Assembly: GCF_031995545.1 (NCBI RefSeq)
Contig: NZ_DAMAGA010000008.1
Span: forward strand, 27,818 to 91,817
DNA from: Massilia sp.
GTDB taxonomy: Bacteria > Pseudomonadota > Gammaproteobacteria > Burkholderiales > Burkholderiaceae_D
Direction of reading: 5' to 3'
Length of the DNA: 64,000 nucleotides
Shown: one piece after another, positions 1 through 9,543 of the stretch
Layout: each line of letters begins with the position of its first letter
How positions within the stretch are numbered: position 1 is the first letter of the stretch
The notes under the pieces: generated by a model
Told to the model about the DNA's origin: nothing
Database searches by the model: none
What the model saw: the letters and a program-made list of their open reading frames with translations, nothing else
Position numbers and translations under genes: made by a program

Positions 1-93
1 AAGTCGCTGTAAGTTGCTTTGTAAGTTCGCTCTTACCCGGCGCCTGCGCGCACGCCGATAGGCTGCTCGTCCGCGGCTCGCGATAATCGGGCC

Positions 94-1044
94 ATGGACA
101 CCCACCACACTGTATTCGATACCCTGATCGTCGGCGGCGGCCCCGGCGGCCTGAGCGCGGCGATCTACCTACGCCGCTTCACCCGCAACGTGGCCCTGGT
201 CGACAAAGGCAACAGCCGCCTGGGCTGGATCCCGGTCTCGCACAACTACCCCGGCTTCCCGGACGGGATCAACGGCAAGCTGCTGCTCGACCAGCTACGC
301 TGCCAGCTGGGGCGCTATGGCGGGCACGTGATCCCGGGCGAAATCACCAACCTCCGCATCGAGGACGGCCTGTTCGTGGGCGACTGCGTCAGCCCCGAGG
401 GCGACCTGACCACGATGCGCGCCCACACCGTGCTGCTGGCCACCGGCGTGGCCGACGCCGGCATGCCGGTCGAGCGCTGGGACGAAGCGGTGGCCAGCGG
501 CGCGGTGCGCCTGTGCCCGGTATGCGACGGCTTCGACGTGATCGACAAGCGCATCGCGGTGGCCACCTCCGAAGTCAATCCGGTCGGGCATGCCCTGTTC
601 ATGCGCACCTTCAGCACCGACGTGCTGCTGTTCGAGCGCGCCGACGAATCGGCGGTCAACGAGGATGAAGCGCGCCAGCTGGCCGCTGCCAACGTGCGTC
701 ATATTTCCTCGCCGCTGGCCGGGGTCACGCTCACCGACGACCTGAAACCGGTGCTGCACACGCGCGACGGCGAAGACTACCAGTGCGACGTGTTCTATCC
801 GATGCTGGGCCAGACGGCGCGCTCGAACCTGGCGGCGCTGCTGGGCGCCGAGACCGCCGAATGCGACACCCTGGTGGTGGACGACCATTGCCGCACCTCG
901 GTGCCGGGCCTGTATGCGATCGGCGACGTCACGCGCGGGCTGAACCAGATCGCGGTGGCCACCGGCCAGGCGGCGATCGCGGCCACCACCATCCACAACA
1001 CCCTGCCGTGGGCGTTGCGGACCGGCGCGACGGCACCAGCCTGA
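94..1044 (+). CDS. NAD(P)/FAD-dependent oxidoreductase, thioredoxin-reductase-like
   Basis: ATG at 94. N-terminal dinucleotide fold DTLIVGGGPGGLSAAIYL, redox-active CPVCDG, C-terminal GLYAIGDV flavin motif. Confidence 0.85.
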   Translation: MDTHHTVFDTLIVGGGPGGLSAAIYLRRFTRNVALVDKGNSRLGWIPVSHNYPGFPDGINGKLLLDQLRCQLGRYGGHVIPGEITNLRIEDGLFVGDCVSPEGDLTTMRAHTVLLATGVADAGMPVERWDEAVASGAVRLCPVCDGFDVIDKRIAVATSEVNPVGHALFMRTFSTDVLLFERADESAVNEDEARQLAAANVRHISSPLAGVTLTDDLKPVLHTRDGEDYQCDVFYPMLGQTARSNLAALLGAETAECDTLVVDDHCRTSVPGLYAIGDVTRGLNQIAVATGQAAIAATTIHNTLPWALRTGATAPA

Positions 1045-1149
1045 TACCGTTGGTATTGCTTAGACGCGTATTGCTTAAACACAAAGGAACTTCAGCAAGC
1101 CAGTGCTACGGTGACGGATGCGCCTGACCCGCTTCCCGCCACCGTGCCC

Positions 1150-2370
1150 ATGCTGAAGATCCTGACGTTTTCGACTCTGTACCCCAACGCTGTCGCGCCG
1201 CATCACGGCATCTTCACCGAGACCGGCCTGCTGCAGCAGTTGCGCTCGTTTCCGGTGCAGGCGCGGGTGGTGGCGCCGGTGCCCTGGTTTCCGTCGCGCG
1301 CCGCCGTGTTCGGACGCTATGCGCACTACGCCGCGGTGCCGCGCGCGGAACTGCGCGCGGGCGTCGAGGTGCTGCATCCGCGCTACGTGAACCTGCCGCA
1401 GGTCGGCATGCACCTGGCGCCCCTGGCGCTGGCACGCGCCGCGCGGCCTGCCATCGCGCGCCTGCGCGCAGGCGGCTTCGATTTCGACCTGATCGACGCC
1501 CATTACTTCTATCCCGACGGCGTGGCCGCCGCCCTGCTCGGCCGCGCGCTCGGCAAGCCGGTGGTGATCACCGCCCTGGGCAGCGACATCAACCTCCTGC
1601 CGCGCTACCGCTGGCCGCGCCGGCAGATCCGCTGGGCCGCGAGCCGCAGCCCGGCCATGATCAGCGTGTGCCAGGCGCTGCGCGCCGAGATGGTGCGGCT
1701 CGGCCTGCCGGGCGAACGCATCCATGCGCTGCGCAACGGCGTCGACCTCGCGCTGTTCTATCCCGAGCCGCGCGCGCCAGCCCGCGCCGCGCTGGGCCTG
1801 GACGGCTACACCCTGATCTCGGTCGGCCACCTGGTCGAGAACAAGGGCCACGACAAGGCGATCCGCGCACTGGCGGCGCTGCCCGATGCGCGCCTGCTGG
1901 TCGTCGGGGGCGGACCGGAACGGGGGCGGCTGGAAGCACTGGCGCGCACCTTGGGAGTGGCACAGCGGGTACGCTTCGCCGGCGTGCTGCGCCAGGATCA
2001 GCTGCGTAGCTGGTATTCGGCGGCGGACGCGCTGGTGCTGGCGTCGAGCCGCGAAGGCTGGGCCAACGTGCTGCTCGAAGCCATGGCCTGCGGCACGCCG
2101 GCGCTGGCCAGCGACGTCGGCGGCACGGCCGAAGTGCTCACCTGCCGCGCCGCCGGCCTGCTGCTGCCCGAAAATTCGGCCTCCGGCATCGTGCGCGCGG
2201 TGGCGGCATTGCGCGCCGATCCGCCGCCACGCGGCGCCACCCGCGCCCACGCCGAACGCCACGCCTGGCTCGACACCGTGCGTGCCAGATTCGACCTGTT
2301 CGCCCGCATCGCCGGGCTCCCTTCTTCCTGCGCCGCGCCATGTACTCTCAAGACCAACTGCTCGACCTGA
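1150..2370 (+). CDS. Glycosyltransferase family 4 (GT-B, group 1)
   Basis: MLKILTFSTLYPN N-terminus typical of GT4. C-terminal REGWANVLLEAMACGTP (E-x7-E region). The ORF opens at GTG 1111, but ATG 1150 fits family N-termini better. The 3' end overlaps the next gene by 31 nt. Confidence 0.8.
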   Translation: MLKILTFSTLYPNAVAPHHGIFTETGLLQQLRSFPVQARVVAPVPWFPSRAAVFGRYAHYAAVPRAELRAGVEVLHPRYVNLPQVGMHLAPLALARAARPAIARLRAGGFDFDLIDAHYFYPDGVAAALLGRALGKPVVITALGSDINLLPRYRWPRRQIRWAASRSPAMISVCQALRAEMVRLGLPGERIHALRNGVDLALFYPEPRAPARAALGLDGYTLISVGHLVENKGHDKAIRALAALPDARLLVVGGGPERGRLEALARTLGVAQRVRFAGVLRQDQLRSWYSAADALVLASSREGWANVLLEAMACGTPALASDVGGTAEVLTCRAAGLLLPENSASGIVRAVAALRADPPPRGATRAHAERHAWLDTVRARFDLFARIAGLPSSCAAPCTLKTNCST

Positions 2371-3209
2371 CCCTGCGCTACAACACGCAAGGCTTCGTGC
2401 ATCTGCACGGCCTGCTGTCCGCTCCGGTGCTGGAGCGGGCGCGCCAGGCGTTCGACGCCAAGGCCGGGCGCCACGATGCGGCGCTGCGCGCGGCCCGGGC
2501 CAAGGGCGCGCGCTTCCACGACCTGCCGGCGATCCTCGACGCCGATCCGGTATTCGTCGACCTGGTCGACCAGCCGCCGCTGCTGGCGCTGCTGCGCGCC
2601 ACGGTCGGCGAAGACCTGGCGCTGAACGACACCAATGCGCGGCTGTTCTTTCCCGGGCCGACCTTCACCAGTCCCTATCACTCGGACATCGCGCCCCTGG
2701 CCGGGATCGATCCGGCGCACTGCCCGGGTTTCCTGGCCAAGGTCCACTTCTACCTGGAAGACCTGGCGCCGGACCAGGGCTGCCTGTCGTTCATCCCGGG
2801 CAGCCAGCACCTGCCGGCGCTGCATGTCGACGCGCACCGGCCGACGCTGGCCGCATCCAGCGCGGTGACGCGGGTGGTGCCGCGCGCGGGCGACGCGATC
2901 CTGTTCAACACCCACGTGCTGCACATGGCCGAAGCGAACCTGACGCAACGGGTGCGCAAATCGCTGATCTATACCTACGGGCACTTCTGGATGAAAGCCT
3001 ACCCGAGCGCGATGCCGGCGAATGCGGCCTGCTACCGGGGCAATGCGCAGCGCGAGCAGCTGTTCAACGTGGCGCAGCCGGGGGTCGGCCACTTCAACCG
3101 GCGGCTCGACCGGCTGGCGCCGGAGACGCGCGGCACACGCCTGCGGCAACTGTGCGAGCGCTTCGTGCACCGCGTGCTGCCGGTGGACAGCCTGCCGCCG
3201 CGTGCCTGA
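2340..3209 (+). CDS. Phytanoyl-CoA dioxygenase (PhyH) family Fe(II)/2-oxoglutarate oxygenase
   Basis: 289-aa ORF with a PhyH-like layout: YHSDI (His-x-Asp region), a later HVLHMAE His, and an R-x-S region RKSLIY. Confidence 0.78.
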   Translation: MYSQDQLLDLTLRYNTQGFVHLHGLLSAPVLERARQAFDAKAGRHDAALRAARAKGARFHDLPAILDADPVFVDLVDQPPLLALLRATVGEDLALNDTNARLFFPGPTFTSPYHSDIAPLAGIDPAHCPGFLAKVHFYLEDLAPDQGCLSFIPGSQHLPALHVDAHRPTLAASSAVTRVVPRAGDAILFNTHVLHMAEANLTQRVRKSLIYTYGHFWMKAYPSAMPANAACYRGNAQREQLFNVAQPGVGHFNRRLDRLAPETRGTRLRQLCERFVHRVLPVDSLPPRA

Positions 3210-3211
3210 CG

Positions 3212-3844
3212 TCAGCGCTGGCCCGACGCCAGCGCGATACGCCGCCGCACCTGTTCCAGCGCGGCCGTATCGCCGCTCGCTTCCAGGCGCTGCGCCTGCA
3301 CCCCGAGCCAGGCCAGCAAGGGCCGGCGCCAGCCCTGATCGGACGCCGTATCCGACGCCACCACGATGCCCTCGGGCGTCATGCGCCCGGCCTTGAACAG
3401 CGCCCCCGCCGCGACCAGGCGCGAGAGCGGATCGGCAATCTCCCTGAACGCGCCGCTGCCGACCACCGCGCGGTGCTGCTCGGGCAGCAGCGTCGCATCC
3501 AGCCCTTCCCAGCGTCCGGCCAGGTAGGCGGCATAGGCGCGCTGCGCCGGCGTCGCATCCGGCGCCAGCGCCGCATACGCTGGGCAATCCTCGAACACCA
3601 GGCTGGCCGCCTGCGCCGCGCAGCGCACCAGCTCGATCTGGATCACCCGGTCGGCGCGCCCCGTCGCCGAGGTTTCGCTACGCGCTTCGCGAAACTCCGC
3701 TTCGGCGGCCGCCGAATGGCCCTTCAGATAATCGTCGGTGGCAGCATCGAGCGCGCCCTTGGCATTGGCCTGCCAGTCGGGCGGCAATGGCTTCGAAGCG
3801 CAGGCGGCGAGCAGCGCCACGCCGAGGAAAGGAAGCATTCTCAT
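3212..3844 (-). CDS. Putative lipoprotein, last gene of the Mla-like operon
   Basis: Internal ATG at 3844 gives MRMLPFLGVALLAAC|AS, a lipobox. ATGA start/stop overlap with the upstream MlaD-like gene. The longer 424-aa ORF upstream of this start is Arg/Gly-rich junk. Confidence 0.6.
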   Translation of the reverse strand: MRMLPFLGVALLAACASKPLPPDWQANAKGALDAATDDYLKGHSAAAEAEFREARSETSATGRADRVIQIELVRCAAQAASLVFEDCPAYAALAPDATPAQRAYAAYLAGRWEGLDATLLPEQHRAVVGSGAFREIADPLSRLVAAGALFKAGRMTPEGIVVASDTASDQGWRRPLLAWLGVQAQRLEASGDTAALEQVRRRIALASGQR

Positions 3845-4797
3845 GGCAGCTTGATCTCCTGCGGCGTGCGTGCAAACGGCCACTTGCGGTTGATTTCCTC
3901 GACCAGCCGGTTCACCTTGCGCAGGCTGGCGTCGACTTCGCCGCGCAGCGCGCTCAGGTCTTCGGTGGCTTCGCGCGTGTTGGCACCGACCGCCTGGGCC
4001 TCGACCAGCACCGCATCGACCTTTTTCAGCGTGTTGCTGGCGTCCTTCAGCACCACGTCCAGCTGGCGGATCGCGGCTTGCGTGTCGTCCATCACGCCGG
4101 CCTTGCCGAACACGCGCTGGTCGGCCTTGCCCAGCAGGGCATTGACCCGGTCCAGCGCCTCCATCAGCTTCTGCGCCTCGGCGTCGCCGCCCAGTGCCCC
4201 GCCCAGCACCCCATAGCGGCCCGACATGCGGCCAGTGACCGCCGACAGGTTGGCCAGGCTGGCGTTGATGTCGGATTCGGACGCAGTCATGGTCTCCAGG
4301 TTCTCCAGCAGTGCGCGCGCGGTGGCGACGATGCGCGGAATCTCGGCGGTGGCGTCGCCGCGCAGCACGGTGCGGGTGGAGTTCGGCGGCAGCGGCGGAT
4401 CGGTCAGCACGCCGGTATAGGCGCGCAGCCGGGTCTCGCCGACGATGCTCGACTCCAGCGTGAACACGCTCGAGGTGCGCAGCCACTTGGCATCCTTGCT
4501 CTGGACGTCGACCGCGATGTTCACCTTGGCGTCGTCGCCCAGCTCGACCTGGGCCACGCGCCCGATCGGAAAGCCGGCGAAGGTCATGTCCATGCCCGGG
4601 ATCACCCCCGAGGAATCGTCGGCCACCAAGGTCAGGCGCTGGGTCGGCTCGAACACGCCGCGCGCGTACATCACGTACAGCACGAAGGCAGCCACCAGCA
4701 CGCCGATCAGCACCAGCAGGATCGCGGCTTTTACTTCCACGTGCTTCGGTTCTTCAGGCAGCGGTTCGGTCATGGGGTTGTTGATTTTGTCGTCCAT
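3841..4797 (-). CDS. MlaD/MCE family protein (lipid-transport substrate-binding component)
   Basis: N-terminal TM helix AAILLVLIGVLVAAFVLYVMY followed by an MCE domain (GMDMTFAGFPIGRVAQVEL) and a long helical C-terminus. Confidence 0.85.
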   Translation of the reverse strand: MDDKINNPMTEPLPEEPKHVEVKAAILLVLIGVLVAAFVLYVMYARGVFEPTQRLTLVADDSSGVIPGMDMTFAGFPIGRVAQVELGDDAKVNIAVDVQSKDAKWLRTSSVFTLESSIVGETRLRAYTGVLTDPPLPPNSTRTVLRGDATAEIPRIVATARALLENLETMTASESDINASLANLSAVTGRMSGRYGVLGGALGGDAEAQKLMEALDRVNALLGKADQRVFGKAGVMDDTQAAIRQLDVVLKDASNTLKKVDAVLVEAQAVGANTREATEDLSALRGEVDASLRKVNRLVEEINRKWPFARTPQEIKLP

Positions 4798-4801
4798 GCG
4801 G

Positions 4802-5608
4802 TCAGATGTATTTCAGGGTCAGCGAAGCGGCTTCGATCACGATCAGCACGAACAGCAGGCGCAGCGCGCCGGGCTGCACGGTCGACGCGAGGCGGCGCGG
4901 GTAGCGCTGCAATTCGAGGATGGCGGCGGTCGGGATCAGGGCCACGGCCAGGCCGAACAACACGGTCTTGATCACGAAGCCGGCCGTCACGGTGGGCGCG
5001 AACACGCGGCCGACGGTGCGGGTATAGTCTTGCAGGCCCCAGATCGACAGCCCGTACACGTTCACGTAGGCCAACACCAGCACCACGATCGAGGTCACCA
5101 TCGCCAGGCTCAGGACCGCGATGGCGTTGGCGATCAGCTGCGGCACCAGGTCGCGCCGCAGCCGGCGCAGTGCTTCATTGCTCGCCGCGATAGGGGACAA
5201 CCCGGCGCGTGCCAGGCCCAGCGCCGAAGCATCGAAGGCCATGCCGGCGCGCAGCGCCACGAACAGCGCCGCCGACAGGGGAATCAGTTCCAGCACCAGC
5301 ACCCGCACCACCATCTCCAGCGCGAACTGCGACAGGCCATAGCTCTTGGCCGTCACCAGCACGATGCGGATGATCACCAGGCTGACCAGGCTCGAAGCCA
5401 GTGCGAACCAGGGCAGCACCTGCCAGGTGCTGGTGTGGATGTGATGCGCCGTGGCGCGGAAGCTGTCGCGGCGCCAGGTGGAGGGCGACAGCGCGGTCAC
5501 TACCGCGATCGCCCCAAGATGGATCATGTACCACCAGCTGCGCACGTAACGCGTCAGGGTGGCGAGCCACAGGTCGGGATCGGCGATGGGGGTGGTCGTG
5601 CGGGGCAT
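4802..5608 (-). CDS. MlaE-like ABC transporter permease (divergent)
   Basis: Start at the internal ATG (MPRTTTPIADP). Multi-pass membrane protein with a LELIPLSAALFVALRAG segment resembling the MlaE REL-P...AGR core. Sits 4 nt upstream of the MlaD-like gene. Confidence 0.72.
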   Translation of the reverse strand: MPRTTTPIADPDLWLATLTRYVRSWWYMIHLGAIAVVTALSPSTWRRDSFRATAHHIHTSTWQVLPWFALASSLVSLVIIRIVLVTAKSYGLSQFALEMVVRVLVLELIPLSAALFVALRAGMAFDASALGLARAGLSPIAASNEALRRLRRDLVPQLIANAIAVLSLAMVTSIVVLVLAYVNVYGLSIWGLQDYTRTVGRVFAPTVTAGFVIKTVLFGLAVALIPTAAILELQRYPRRLASTVQPGALRLLFVLIVIEAASLTLKYI

Positions 5609-5720
5609 GGGGTGAATGATACTTTGTCGACGGATGAGTTGGCGCGTTCGTGACAAATGATTACGTTCTGGGGGTTTAGTTGCGGGTGAGAGCAGGCGTT
5701 GTTGGCGGCGGTGCGAACTT

Positions 5721-5843
5721 CGGTCCCCGCCTTCGCGGGGATGACGGTCTTTAGGGAGATGGTCGAAGTTGACGAAGCTGGCAGTTCCACCACTACAGAC
5801 CAACGTCATCCCCGGGCTAGGCGCCCCCCTTGGCGGGGACCCA
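5721..5843. repeat. REP-like intergenic palindromic elements, two inverted copies
   Basis: cggtccccgccttcgcggggatgacggtc (5721-5749) and its inverted relative cgtcatcccc...ggcggggaccc (5804-5843). Each copy has its own GC stem. They lie between the Mla-like operon start and the relA stop. Confidence 0.55.
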
Positions 5844-5895
5844 AGTCCGTCGCGGACCACTACCGTCACCGTGCACCAATAACGCATCCGCCCAC

Positions 5896-8136
5896 CTACT
5901 GCCTTCGCGCCTCCATCACCCCGGACACCTCCATGATCCCCGCCAGCGCCTTCTGTACCTGCGCAGTGGCCCCGATCTCCGCCGTGAACACCATTTTCGC
6001 CTGTCCTTTCGCGCTCTGGGTATTCACCCCGATCACATTGATCTTCTCGCGCATGAACACGTCGGAGATATCGCGCAGCAGCCCTTGCCGGTCCTGCGAC
6101 AGGATGAACAGGTCGACCGGATACACGGTCTCGGAGCCGGCCGTGCCCCATTCGGTCTGGATCACGCGCTCGGGCGACTTGGTCTGCATCTCGGCGAAGT
6201 TCTTGCAGCTGAGGCGGTGGATCGATACCCCCTTGCCGCGCGTGACGAAACCGATGATCGGGTCCGGCGGCGCCGGCTTGCAGCACTTGGCCAGCACCGT
6301 CATCAGGCCTTCGGTACCGAGCACCAGCACGCCCGACTTGGCGCCCTGCTCCACGCTCGACGCGCGGCTCTTGTTGACCACCGCCGTGTCTTCGATCGGC
6401 GGTGCTTCGCCCGGCTCGTGCAGCGCCGCTTCCACGTGGCGCAGGCTGAACTTGTCCTTGCCGACTTCGATGAACAGCTCGTCGACCTTGGCGAAGCCCA
6501 GCTTGTGCGCCAGCGCTTCCAGGTTGACCGAGGTCTTGCCTTCGCGCTGGAGCGACTTTTCGACCAGCGCCCGGCCCTGGGCCAGGGTCTCGGCCGTCTC
6601 CAGCGCATGGAACCACGCGCGGATCTTGGAGCGCGTGCGGCTCGACACCGTATAACCGGGACTGAGCCAGTCGCGCGACGGTCCCTGGCTGCCAGCGCCG
6701 CCCTTGGCGGTGATGATCTCGCAGGTCTGGCCATTTTTGAGCTGGGTGTTCAGCGGCACCATGGTGCCGTCGATCTTGGCGCCGCGGCAGCGGTGTCCCA
6801 CTTCGCTATGCAGGTGGTAGGCGAAGTCGATCGGCGTCGCGCCCACCGGCAGCTCCAGCACCCGCGCCTGCGGCGTCAGCACGAAGATGCGGTCGTCCAG
6901 CGTCGCTGCCTTGAGCTTCTCGACCCATTCGCGCTGCAGGTCCTCCTGGCCCGCCACCACGTCGGCCACGTCGCTCTTCCACGCCAGCAGCTGGCGCAGC
7001 CAGGCGATGCGCTCGTCGTACTTCTGGCTCTTGAAGTTGGACCCGCCCTCTTCCTTGTAGCGCCAGTGCGCCGCAATGCCGTACTCGGCGAAGTTGTGCA
7101 TCTCCTGGGTGCGGATCTGCACTTCCAGCGGCCGCCCGTCCTCGGCCGTCACCACCGTGTGCAGCGACTGGTAGCCGTTCGGCTTGGGACGCGAGATGTA
7201 GTCGTCGAACTCCTTTGGAATCGGGGTCCAGATGTTGTGCACCACACCCAGCACCGTGTAGCAGGTCTTCACGTCCGCCACGATCACGCGGAAGGCGCGC
7301 ACGTCGTACAGCGAACTGAAATCGAGCTCCTTGCCGCGCATCTTGTTCCAGATGCTGTAGATGTGCTTCGGCCGCCCCGACACCTCGGCGCGGATGCCGG
7401 CCGCCGACAGTTCGCTTTGCAGGCGCTCGATCGACGAAGCCACGAAGCTTTCGCGCAGCATGCGCTTTTCTTCCAGCATCTTGGCGATGCGCTTGTAGGT
7501 GTCCGGCTCGATGAAGCGGAACGCCAGGTCTTCCAGCTCCCACTTCAATTGCCAGATCCCGAGCCGGTTCGCCAGCGGCGCATAGAAGTCGAGCACCTCG
7601 CGTCCATAGGCGCGCGTGACGTCGTCGAAGCGCTTCTGCTCGGCGAAGTAGCGCAGGCCGGCCGCGCACGAGGCCAGACGCATCAGCACCACGCGCATGT
7701 CGGACGCCATCGCCAGCAGCATCTTGCGCAGCGTTTCGTTCTGGGCCGCGGCCTGCTGGGCGGCGTTTTTACCGCTGCCCACCGGGGCCTGGGCCGCGGT
7801 CAGGTCACGCAGCCGGATCAGCTGCAGCACGCCCTGCACCAGTGTCGCCACTTCCGGCCCGAAGCGCTCCTCGACGCGCGCCAGCGCGCCCGGCTCCATG
7901 ATCGCCAGCTCGAACAGCAGGCCCGCGATGCGGGTCTCGGCATCGGTGTTCAGGTACGACAGGGTGCCGGCCACGCCGAGCGAGAACTCGAACGCGCTCT
8001 GGCCCGAGCCGGCGATGCGCTCGCCATACGCCTCACCGGCGTAGTCGAGCGCCTCGTGGATGCGGGCGCAATCCTCCGGGCTGAGGCCCTGCACCAGCTG
8101 TGTCTTGGCGTCGCCCAGCAGCGCGGTCGATACCAT
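5896..8136 (-). CDS. relA: GTP pyrophosphokinase, (p)ppGpp synthetase I (RelA type)
   Basis: 746 aa. Synthetase motifs RPKHIYSIWNKM, FRVIV, YQSLHT, plus TGS and ACT regions. The N-terminal HD hydrolase motifs are degenerate (LLFELAIMEP in place of LLHD..ED), which favours RelA over SpoT. Confidence 0.88.
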   Translation of the reverse strand: MVSTALLGDAKTQLVQGLSPEDCARIHEALDYAGEAYGERIAGSGQSAFEFSLGVAGTLSYLNTDAETRIAGLLFELAIMEPGALARVEERFGPEVATLVQGVLQLIRLRDLTAAQAPVGSGKNAAQQAAAQNETLRKMLLAMASDMRVVLMRLASCAAGLRYFAEQKRFDDVTRAYGREVLDFYAPLANRLGIWQLKWELEDLAFRFIEPDTYKRIAKMLEEKRMLRESFVASSIERLQSELSAAGIRAEVSGRPKHIYSIWNKMRGKELDFSSLYDVRAFRVIVADVKTCYTVLGVVHNIWTPIPKEFDDYISRPKPNGYQSLHTVVTAEDGRPLEVQIRTQEMHNFAEYGIAAHWRYKEEGGSNFKSQKYDERIAWLRQLLAWKSDVADVVAGQEDLQREWVEKLKAATLDDRIFVLTPQARVLELPVGATPIDFAYHLHSEVGHRCRGAKIDGTMVPLNTQLKNGQTCEIITAKGGAGSQGPSRDWLSPGYTVSSRTRSKIRAWFHALETAETLAQGRALVEKSLQREGKTSVNLEALAHKLGFAKVDELFIEVGKDKFSLRHVEAALHEPGEAPPIEDTAVVNKSRASSVEQGAKSGVLVLGTEGLMTVLAKCCKPAPPDPIIGFVTRGKGVSIHRLSCKNFAEMQTKSPERVIQTEWGTAGSETVYPVDLFILSQDRQGLLRDISDVFMREKINVIGVNTQSAKGQAKMVFTAEIGATAQVQKALAGIMEVSGVMEARRQ

Positions 8137-8139
8137 CGC

Positions 8140-8490
8140 TTAACGCAGCGCCGCGGTGACGCACACTTCCACCAGCCAGTCGGGATTGGCCAGTCTGGCT
8201 TCGACGGTGGCGCGCGGCGGGGTGTGGCCCTGGGCGACCCACTCGTCCCATACCGCATTCATGCCGGCGAAGTTGGACAGGTCGGAAAGGAAGATCTGGC
8301 ACATCAGGATGCAGGTCTTGTCGCTGCCGGCCTCGGTCAGCAGGCGGTCGACGTGGCCCAGCACTTCGCGCATCTGGCCTTCGATGTCCTGGCTCGCGTC
8401 TTCGGCGATCTGGCCGGCCAGGTAGATGGTGCCGTTGTGGATGGCGACTTCGGACATGCGCTTGCCGACGTGCAGACGTTTGATTTCCAT
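8140..8490 (-). CDS. ridA: RidA/YjgF family reactive-intermediate deaminase
   Basis: 116 aa with a typical RidA layout (IYLAGQIA..., C-terminal ARLANPDWLVEV). Lies 3 nt upstream of relA on the same strand. Confidence 0.88.
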   Translation of the reverse strand: MEIKRLHVGKRMSEVAIHNGTIYLAGQIAEDASQDIEGQMREVLGHVDRLLTEAGSDKTCILMCQIFLSDLSNFAGMNAVWDEWVAQGHTPPRATVEARLANPDWLVEVCVTAALR

Positions 8491-8519
8491 GTTCTCTTCT
8501 TCTTTCTTGTCAGTTCAGT

Positions 8520-9401
8520 TCAATTCAATAAGAATTCGCGCGCGACGGCGATCTGCCGTTCGTGCACGAAGGTCGGCGCGTGACCGACGCCCGCGATCTC
8601 GACCAGATGCGGATGCGGCCCGCGCGCCGCCATTTGCTGGGCGGTCTCGCGCGACAGCAGGTCGGAGAATTCTCCGCGCACCAGCAGCGTCGGGCAGCGG
8701 ATCGCATCGTAGGCCGCCCACAGCGCGCTTTCGTCCTGGTCGGCGCGCTCGGGCGTGGTGGCCTGGAACGGCTGCGCCAGGCCGAGGTCGTAGTGGCGTA
8801 CCCACTGGCCATCGTCGCCTTTGCGCAGCACGTCGCCGGCCAGCTTGGTCCATTCGTCGTCGCTGTGCGGCCCGAACGAGGCCGACACCGCCTTCACGTA
8901 GGCGGCCCCGGCCTCGAAGCTGGGAAAGCGCACGTCCTGGCCGATGTATTCGCCGATGCGCGCCATCGCCGCGCGATCCAGCACCGGACCGATATCGTTG
9001 AGCACCAGCTTGCTGATCGGGCTGTCGTCCAGAGATGCCAGCACCATGCCGATCAGGCCGCCCATCGAGGTGCCGAACCAGTGCACGGTCTCGGTCTCGC
9101 CCGGCGCCGTGACGCGCGCGACCAGGGTCACCATGTCGTTCACGTATTGCGGCACCGTGTAATAGGCCGGGTCGCGCAGCCGGCCCGAGCGGCCGCGCCC
9201 GACCACGTCCGGGCATACCACGCGATAGTCCTGGCACAAAGCGCGCGCCAGATGGTCGAAATCATCACCGACGCGGGTCACGCCATGCACGCACACCAGC
9301 ACCTTCGGATTGCCCGGATCGCCCCATTCCTTGTAGGCGACGCGGTGCAGGCCGGCAGGCGAGCTGCACTGGACGCTGTGGTATCTGGGTTCAACCATCA
9401 T
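8520..9401 (-). CDS. Alpha/beta-fold hydrolase
   Basis: HG oxyanion region VCVHGVTR, nucleophile elbow GTSMGG, C-terminal GVGHAP His. Divergent from bdhA, so a 3-hydroxybutyrate-oligomer or ester hydrolase role is possible but unproven. Confidence 0.85.
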   Translation of the reverse strand: MMVEPRYHSVQCSSPAGLHRVAYKEWGDPGNPKVLVCVHGVTRVGDDFDHLARALCQDYRVVCPDVVGRGRSGRLRDPAYYTVPQYVNDMVTLVARVTAPGETETVHWFGTSMGGLIGMVLASLDDSPISKLVLNDIGPVLDRAAMARIGEYIGQDVRFPSFEAGAAYVKAVSASFGPHSDDEWTKLAGDVLRKGDDGQWVRHYDLGLAQPFQATTPERADQDESALWAAYDAIRCPTLLVRGEFSDLLSRETAQQMAARGPHPHLVEIAGVGHAPTFVHERQIAVAREFLLN

Positions 9402-9543
9402 GGCTCCGTCATGCGAATCATGTCAACCCGAGGCCAGGATGACCTCGGGCTGCCCGTCCATATGCACCACGGCGCGGGCGTGTCGATTAGAATTCTACCA
9501 AGACTGAGGCAGTTCCCCGACCACCAACACACTAGAGGACACC

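Noticed and set aside
1886-4216. Very long ORFs overlapping or antisense to confidently assigned genes. Examples: 1886-4216 (+), 5830-8583 (+), 34901-38704 N-terminal extension, 38542-40254 (+), 40411-42186 (+), 44783-46903 (+), 46828-49014 (-), 51179-55156 (-), 61878-63716 (+).
   Set aside because: The translations are Arg/Ala/Gly/Pro-rich low-complexity sequence typical of stop-codon-poor alternative frames in GC-rich DNA. In each case the other strand or frame carries clear family motifs.
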